Under the pieces are notes generated by a model that was not told where the DNA came from, searched no databases, and worked only from the letters and a program-made list of their open reading frames with translations. Below, in pieces: positions 56,913-61,978 of a stretch of DNA of 61,978 nt (positions are counted from its first letter, which is position 1; the number at the start of each line of letters is the position of its first letter). The stretch comes from an uncultured virus (IMG/VR IMGVR_UViG_3300020435_000116) (Duplodnaviria > Heunggongvirae > Uroviricota > Caudoviricetes), in IMG/VR virus record IMGVR_UViG_3300020435_000116, positions 62,001 through 123,978 of that record; one strand, given 5' to 3'. The translations under genes and the position numbers were made by a program.

Positions 56913-58509
56913 CGTTATATTCAATCTACCTCGCTACGGTAGACCGGTTCTCTTATGAACTCCTGCATGTTTCCATGCAGACTAGACTATATCTTCTACC
57001 TTTAGTAATATAGGTTTTACTAAAGGTAGCTCCCCATTTCCCATGCGCTTGCACAGTACAGGCTTGGTAGGCCTTAGTCGTTGAACCTTCACCCTCTACG
57101 TACGTAGGTAGGGTGCTTGGATGCGGATTATCCAATACTATACCTTTTTACCGTATCGTTGTAGTTAGCAACGCCCCCGCCTCTATTACTAGGACAGGTT
57201 GGTAGTATAGTCTCTAAGGACGTCCCCGCAGTTAAAGGAGGATTACTTAGACATTACTATCTAAGCAGGCTGATAAAACATTATAGCTTCGATAATGCTC
57301 TACGTCTTTCACTGAAGTATCCGGTGAAAGTTTTAAAGCATTGCAAAGTTCAATGAAGTTTCTGTAAAACTTATTATTAACACGGTATTTAAATTTACTG
57401 TCTATTGCCCTAGACAGCGTCTTTTCCACAGTATCAAAACTCTTATACGAGATACGTATAAGGTTGTAGCCGTGACTTTTTGCGAGATGGTCTTTTTCTT
57501 TATCCCGCTCTACAGTTTTCTCCCAAGCGATTAATCCACCAAAGAAGTCAACGGGTCTAAAGTGTTGCTCGCCATCGTATTCAATAAGTAGATTTATGCC
57601 AGGTATGAAAAAGTCGTACCTGTAAAGGTGACCTTTTATTTTAAACTGCTCTTTGTAGCGTATCTTGTTTCTTTTTAAGAAGTCAGCAATACGCACCTCA
57701 GCCAGCGATGAAACTTTGCATTTCATGCAAGACTGACCAGATAGATGATTACTGACTCTAACTTTACTAACAATACCACATTTCAAGTGTTTCATGGTCA
57801 TCCAGTGGTTAGTGGTTTTCAATTCACCAATGCAATAGATGTATTCTTTACCATGTACCTTAGCGGCTCTTCTTAAAAACTGTGATCTTGTTATTCTCAA
57901 TCTATCGTAGAAACAAGGCATGCAGCCTCTACCTTCACTAATACTTGTAACGCTACGGGTCACAGTACCATGTTCAGGACATGTAAAATCAACTGTTGCT
58001 TTCGCAATATTAAAATTACTCAAAGTGTATTTACTATCAATTAACTTTGATAGTGTTTCTATAGAGTCGTACTTGCGTACCGTTTCACTACGCTGCTCCC
58101 TACCACACCGCTCACATCCCGTTAATGAATGTAAATGTTTCCTTAATGTAGTAGTTAAGCTGCCGTGTCTTGGACAGACTATTATTACAGCGTCAGATTG
58201 ACTAGCCTTTTCACTCACCTGAGAGTAATCAAACTTGTCATTAAACTTAAGCTTGCAAGCTTTTATTGTATCCTTTGTCTTAACGTTGCCTCTAGATTCA
58301 CAAGCGCAACGGGGGCAACCGTATTTAGTGCGCAAATGGTCTCTAGATATTACCGTGAATTTACCGTGTGTTTTACAAATTATATCCACAGGCCCTCTCT
58401 TAGGAACCGTGGTAGGTAGTAATGAGTAATCGAACTGATCCCCATACTTACCACGACCTAAATCGATATAAGCCTGTTTCTTCATTTATTTTCCTATAAT
58501 GTTTAGTTA
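56913..58509 (-). mobile_element. Group I intron (~1597 nt) in the nvRNAP beta gene
   Basis: P AACUGCGGGG (57224-57233), Q AAUCCGCAUCCAAG (57116-57129), R GUUCAACGACUA (57075-57086), S AAGAUAUAGUC (56985-56995); exon ends in U and intron ends in G; splicing gives a 686-aa ORF. Confidence 0.9.
57247..58485 (-). CDS. Intron-encoded homing endonuclease: tandem Zn-ribbon repeats plus C-terminal Vsr/DUF559 (EDxHD-like) nuclease
   Basis: Repeated FDYS...C..HG...GC..C units; YRYDFF...LLIEYDGEQHF; RD..KD..A...G..LIRI. Confidence 0.85.
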   Translation of the reverse strand: MKKQAYIDLGRGKYGDQFDYSLLPTTVPKRGPVDIICKTHGKFTVISRDHLRTKYGCPRCACESRGNVKTKDTIKACKLKFNDKFDYSQVSEKASQSDAVIIVCPRHGSLTTTLRKHLHSLTGCERCGREQRSETVRKYDSIETLSKLIDSKYTLSNFNIAKATVDFTCPEHGTVTRSVTSISEGRGCMPCFYDRLRITRSQFLRRAAKVHGKEYIYCIGELKTTNHWMTMKHLKCGIVSKVRVSNHLSGQSCMKCKVSSLAEVRIADFLKRNKIRYKEQFKIKGHLYRYDFFIPGINLLIEYDGEQHFRPVDFFGGLIAWEKTVERDKEKDHLAKSHGYNLIRISYKSFDTVEKTLSRAIDSKFKYRVNNKFYRNFIELCNALKLSPDTSVKDVEHYRSYNVLSACLDSNV

Positions 58510-59693
58510 ACCCCTTTACTTCCTGAACTATCAGTAAGCTTAAACCCTTTAGTGGCTTTTACTTTCTTCGCATATTTAATTTCTACGCGACGATCGTCAA
58601 GTGGGGTATAGCGATACTTACGTGTGACCTTATGGGGTGAAGCATTAGGCTTATTAGCAATGGCCTGTGTTACCCAGTTAGTAAATCTACCTGACAATTG
58701 AAGACCCTTACCACGATGTTTGGCAAGACGACGATATTCATTGTAAATAGATTCGTAGAACTGATCACGCAGACGCATGTATTTATCAGGCTGCGCATTC
58801 ATCCCCACAGGCGTAATGCTGTAAGGTAGGTTGTGATCCATATCGACCACGACGTCATAAACCGTCGCACCGGCTGCAGGTGAAACATACGTTAGTTTAT
58901 CATACGTGTAGTCTGGTGTCATCAACGCCCTAGGTGTCATCTCTACCATCCCAAGTGCTGGATCGTATTTACGCAGAGCGAACAGTAGCCCATCTTCACG
59001 TATTTTATCACCAATGTCTGGGAATGGCTTGTAGTTGTTTTCATCACCGTATAAGTTAAGCGGGTAATACTCCTTACCCCAGCTAGCTACGCGAGAACCG
59101 GTCATGGTAGTAGTAAGTCTTTCCGCCATAGACTCACTGATAATAAAACCATCCTCAATGGTAGCCGGTAAAGACATATAGGCAACGTTTGCTTCTAAGC
59201 CATAAGCATAGTTACCGTCATCCTTAAGCGACTTGGATTTAGCAAGTACTGTACCCTTAGGAACCTGCATTCCTGGATAGATTTTCTCCATTGCCGGTGT
59301 GGAGTAATACTGAAACCCAAACGTGTTATGATCGGAACAATAGTTCTCAACCATCAAGATATCAACTTCCTGTGTATTGACATCTTCGTAAATAATAGCC
59401 GTGGCTGGGTTCTCTTTGATAGAATCAGCACCTGGTCGGCGAGGATAACGCTGAATGACTTTAATTATAGATGCATCAACCGGCATCTTTATAGCTTTAG
59501 TGTATTTACCAAGCTCGCGCTCAGCACCTGTCTGAATGCGCTTAGGGGTCGAACCCTCAATAACCAATGCCTGACTCAAGTGAGATGAGAACATCTTTCT
59601 ACGAGAGGCTGAGTTATGTTTACCAAATGAATCTAAGTTATTACCTAGACCCATTAACTCCGGATGTAATTCGGATGTATTATTATTGGACAT
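58510..59693 (-). CDS. Non-virion RNAP beta subunit (C-terminal half), exon 1 (phiKZ gp71-like)
   Basis: SRRKMFSSHLSQA, IEDGFIISES and GFKLTDSSGSKGV (equivalent to GDK..GRHGNKGV). Confidence 0.9.
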
Positions 59694-59739
59694 GGTTAAT
59701 TATCCTATGTAAAGGGCTTATGTTATTTGTTGCTCTAAG

Positions 59740-59747
59740 ATAATGTA
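59740..59747 (-). promoter_or_regulatory. Early-type promoter variant TACATTAT upstream of nvRNAP beta
   Basis: cacc-TACATTAT, same upstream context as 16025; nvRNAP genes are expected to be early. Confidence 0.45.
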
Positions 59748-59774
59748 GGTGTTAAGTTGTTTAGGAGAAGCTCG

Positions 59775-60110
59775 ATGACGTTAAAAATTCATGAACTACA
59801 GCGAACTAATGGCGCTGATGTTTACTATGACCCTGATTTTCGCATCATGATTGAAACGCATTTAAAGTATCTACGTAATCATGAAAAGACCCAAACTGCT
59901 GTGATTGACGAACACCGTGTATATAGACAGGAGTCCGACTTCTATGGTCTTATGTTAGAGTTAGATGTAGCCACTAAGTACCATTGGATCATGCTGCGTG
60001 TAAACGGCTATGAGCACCCTAGTGACTATAAAGACAAGAACACGGTTATCATGCCTGCTATAGAAGAAATAGAACGTTTAAAGTCTATGCATTTAGCTAA
60101 TAGAGTTTAA
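59775..60110 (+). CDS. Conserved protein (phiKZ gp70-like)
   Basis: ATG 59775 behind AGGAG; DFYGL...HWI.LRVNG...P motif; synteny. Confidence 0.7.
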   Translation: MTLKIHELQRTNGADVYYDPDFRIMIETHLKYLRNHEKTQTAVIDEHRVYRQESDFYGLMLELDVATKYHWIMLRVNGYEHPSDYKDKNTVIMPAIEEIERLKSMHLANRV

Positions 60111-60146
60111 CATATTATCTGTTTACTATGTAAAAATCGACAGCCT

Positions 60147-60197
60147 GACGGCAAAAAAAGACAAGTAGAGGGTTTGACCCCTCTACTTATGCCGTCT
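60147..60197. terminator. Bidirectional terminator
   Basis: AAGTAGAGGG/CCCTCTACTT stem flanked by GACGGCA and TATGCCGTC. Confidence 0.85.
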
Positions 60198-60204
60198 TTA
60201 TTAT

Positions 60205-61425
60205 TTAAACACCACCACCGTTGGAACCACCTTGGTTCCAACCTGTGTTCTGTGGTTGCGGGTTACCCCATCCAGCATTCTGACCCTGATTCCAAGGTGA
60301 ATTGTTATAAGCAACCTGGCGTTGTTTCTGCATTGCCGCAGCACGACCACTTGGTGGTGGTGCATACGCTGCATTACTCCATCCAGTGTTTGCTGGTTGG
60401 TAGCCGTTACCATGACCACGGTTTCCTGATATGGTATTCCATTCACGAGCACCGCCTGACTTAGCAGGAGCCGATGGCTTAGATTCCACTGGCTTAGGCG
60501 TTGATGCTGGTGCATTACCAGGCTTAGCCACGCTAGCTGTAGTATCTGGGGCTTTGTTTTCAACATCACCCTGATTACCTTCTAGTGGTGGGATCTCATC
60601 ACGCATGTCCGATAGACAACCCATTTCAGCTTCAAAGCTTACATCAATTAGCAAGTCATCCACATCTACTAGATGCTCTTTAAACATCTCAACACGCTGG
60701 TTAAGTTGTTTAGCGATGTTAAGGTAACTTAGCATTAGCGCATGGAAGAACGGTGCCGTTTTGTTATGCGTACCGTAGCTGTATGCGTTTTCGTTAACAC
60801 CAGGTAGGATGTATTCAAATAACTGAGGAATAGAGGTAAAGTCACGTTTTCTCACCTTATGGCCAAACAACGTTCGCTCACTCTCATCAGACTTATCCAG
60901 TATTGGTAAGCTGGTAATACAAAGACGGGCGTACTTAGTACCGTTGAGTGTACCTGAGCGTTTTAGGTACATGTTAATCAAACGGTGCTTACCATCAATG
61001 GTCACCGAACCTATCATCTTGCGATAAGCATCTACCATCTTACCATCTGCATCTTTAAGGTACGTCAGGTATTCAAGTTGTGCCGGTGAGAACTTCTCGT
61101 GCGTTTGCGTATTCGCCGCCATTGATAGCAGTTGAAACGCTAAACCATCTAATACACGAGTAGCACGCGTAAGTAGTAGCTCTTTAAGCTTCTTGATAAT
61201 AGGTGACTCACCACGAGCCACGTTCTCACTAAGTGGATGAAATGCAATAGCGCTTGTCCAGTCCGTATCTTTCAATACTTCTTTGGTTGGCAGCAATAGC
61301 GATTTCTCACCTACTGTACAGGGGATTGACTCCCCTGCTAACTTTTGATAGATACGTCCTTGCGCATCAGACTCAAGACCCGCCGAGGTCAGTATGGTTT
61401 TATAAAGATTTATTAGGCGGCTCAT
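60205..61425 (-). CDS. picA: Phage-nucleus protein import factor PicA/Imp1 (phiKZ gp69-like)
   Basis: FHPLSEN..RGES, YS.G.....P.F.AL and IPPL.GN.G motifs; lies between gp68-like and gp70-like genes. Confidence 0.65.
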   Translation of the reverse strand: MSRLINLYKTILTSAGLESDAQGRIYQKLAGESIPCTVGEKSLLLPTKEVLKDTDWTSAIAFHPLSENVARGESPIIKKLKELLLTRATRVLDGLAFQLLSMAANTQTHEKFSPAQLEYLTYLKDADGKMVDAYRKMIGSVTIDGKHRLINMYLKRSGTLNGTKYARLCITSLPILDKSDESERTLFGHKVRKRDFTSIPQLFEYILPGVNENAYSYGTHNKTAPFFHALMLSYLNIAKQLNQRVEMFKEHLVDVDDLLIDVSFEAEMGCLSDMRDEIPPLEGNQGDVENKAPDTTASVAKPGNAPASTPKPVESKPSAPAKSGGAREWNTISGNRGHGNGYQPANTGWSNAAYAPPPSGRAAAMQKQRQVAYNNSPWNQGQNAGWGNPQPQNTGWNQGGSNGGGV

Positions 61426-61427
61426 GG

Positions 61428-61978
61428 TTATACTCCTTGATTGTCAAAGGGGGTTACTATAGGCGATTGACCATGGTCGTAGTGCATTGCTGCCGTGGCC
61501 TCTAGGTTGTTACTAATTGACATAATGTCATTAGCAACGTTATCTAGATCGGTACGTTGTGTGGTAAATACAGGTGTTGCTAATGCGTCGCAGAAGCTAG
61601 GCATCGTGAAACGCTCTGTATTGCCGTCTAACGTGATATCTATGGTTGTGTCTGCTACCACATCACAGCGCATGTGGATGCCAAATGAGATGCGGTTACG
61701 GCGCGAAATATCCGATAGTATCTCAAACTTCAAACGGTCAATGAAACGTGTTACATATGGCTGTAAGTCAATACCTTCAGCAAAACTGTTAGCACCAGTT
61801 ACGGCAACTGCGTAATCGCTATCTATTGTACTGTTAGTTGCTGTAAACTCTACACCTAATAGCATCAAATCTAGCATCAGCGCAGGTACTGAGTGACTTA
61901 GGATTGTAGCAATAAGTGTTTCATTGTTAGCACCGTTCCAGTGGTTTGAATCACGACCGTGACGCATTGGAGCACCAG
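61428..61978 (-). CDS. Non-virion RNAP promoter-specificity subunit (phiKZ gp68-like), C-terminal part; 5' end outside the window
   Basis: Frame open to the window edge; WNGANNETLIATIL..SVPALM and F..PSFCD.L..P motifs; synteny. Confidence 0.7.
   Translation of the reverse strand, partial: GAPMRHGRDSNHWNGANNETLIATILSHSVPALMLDLMLLGVEFTATNSTIDSDYAVAVTGANSFAEGIDLQPYVTRFIDRLKFEILSDISRRNRISFGIHMRCDVVADTTIDITLDGNTERFTMPSFCDALATPVFTTQRTDLDNVANDIMSISNNLEATAAMHYDHGQSPIVTPFDNQGV

Noticed and set aside
56953..57135. 60-aa ORF
   Set aside because: Lies across the Q, R and S elements of the group I ribozyme core
56036..59693. Reading the split RNAP beta gene as a pseudogene or two separate genes
   Set aside because: Group I core motifs and an in-frame splice explain the interruption
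60201..60569. 122-aa alternative-frame ORF over the PicA-like C-terminus
   Set aside because: By-product of low-complexity coding; the main frame is intact
1..61978. CRISPR array, tRNA or rRNA genes; stop-codon reassignment
   Set aside because: No regularly spaced repeats or cloverleafs seen by eye (a tRNAscan run would confirm); genes translate to full length with code 11 and all three stops are used

Overview
A 62-kb segment of a phiKZ-like (nucleus-forming, Chimalliviridae-type) jumbo phage genome, probably infecting a gammaproteobacterium. phiKZ gene numbers below come from recalled motifs and synteny, not from a database search. The core block runs from the major capsid protein N-terminus and DnaB through virion, inner-body and baseplate proteins, the split DNA polymerase exonuclease subunit, a virion RNAP beta' subunit, an intein-containing SF2 helicase, non-virion RNAP beta'/beta subunits, the PicA/Imp1 import-factor position and the sigma-like nvRNAP subunit. 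The nvRNAP beta gene is split by a group I intron carrying a Zn-ribbon/Vsr-like endonuclease. Accessory islands encode two HDOD proteins, dCTP deaminase, ThyA, NADAR, a macrodomain, a secreted endonuclease I, a lipoprotein lytic transglycosylase with a holin-like partner, and two small Cys-His-Asp proteins. Best leads not in the ORF track: (i) a 50-aa gene that is essentially a free-standing ribonucleotide-reductase alpha C-terminal redox tail (GCEGGACKI) behind an early-type promoter; (ii) a ~240-nt highly structured ncRNA candidate between two terminators in the virion region; (iii) a probable programmed -1 frameshift fusing the gp77-like and gp76-like ORFs; (iv) a conserved TATGCCGT tail on intergenic hairpins, including a 52-bp element copied exactly 28 kb apart. 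No tRNA, rRNA or CRISPR array was seen.
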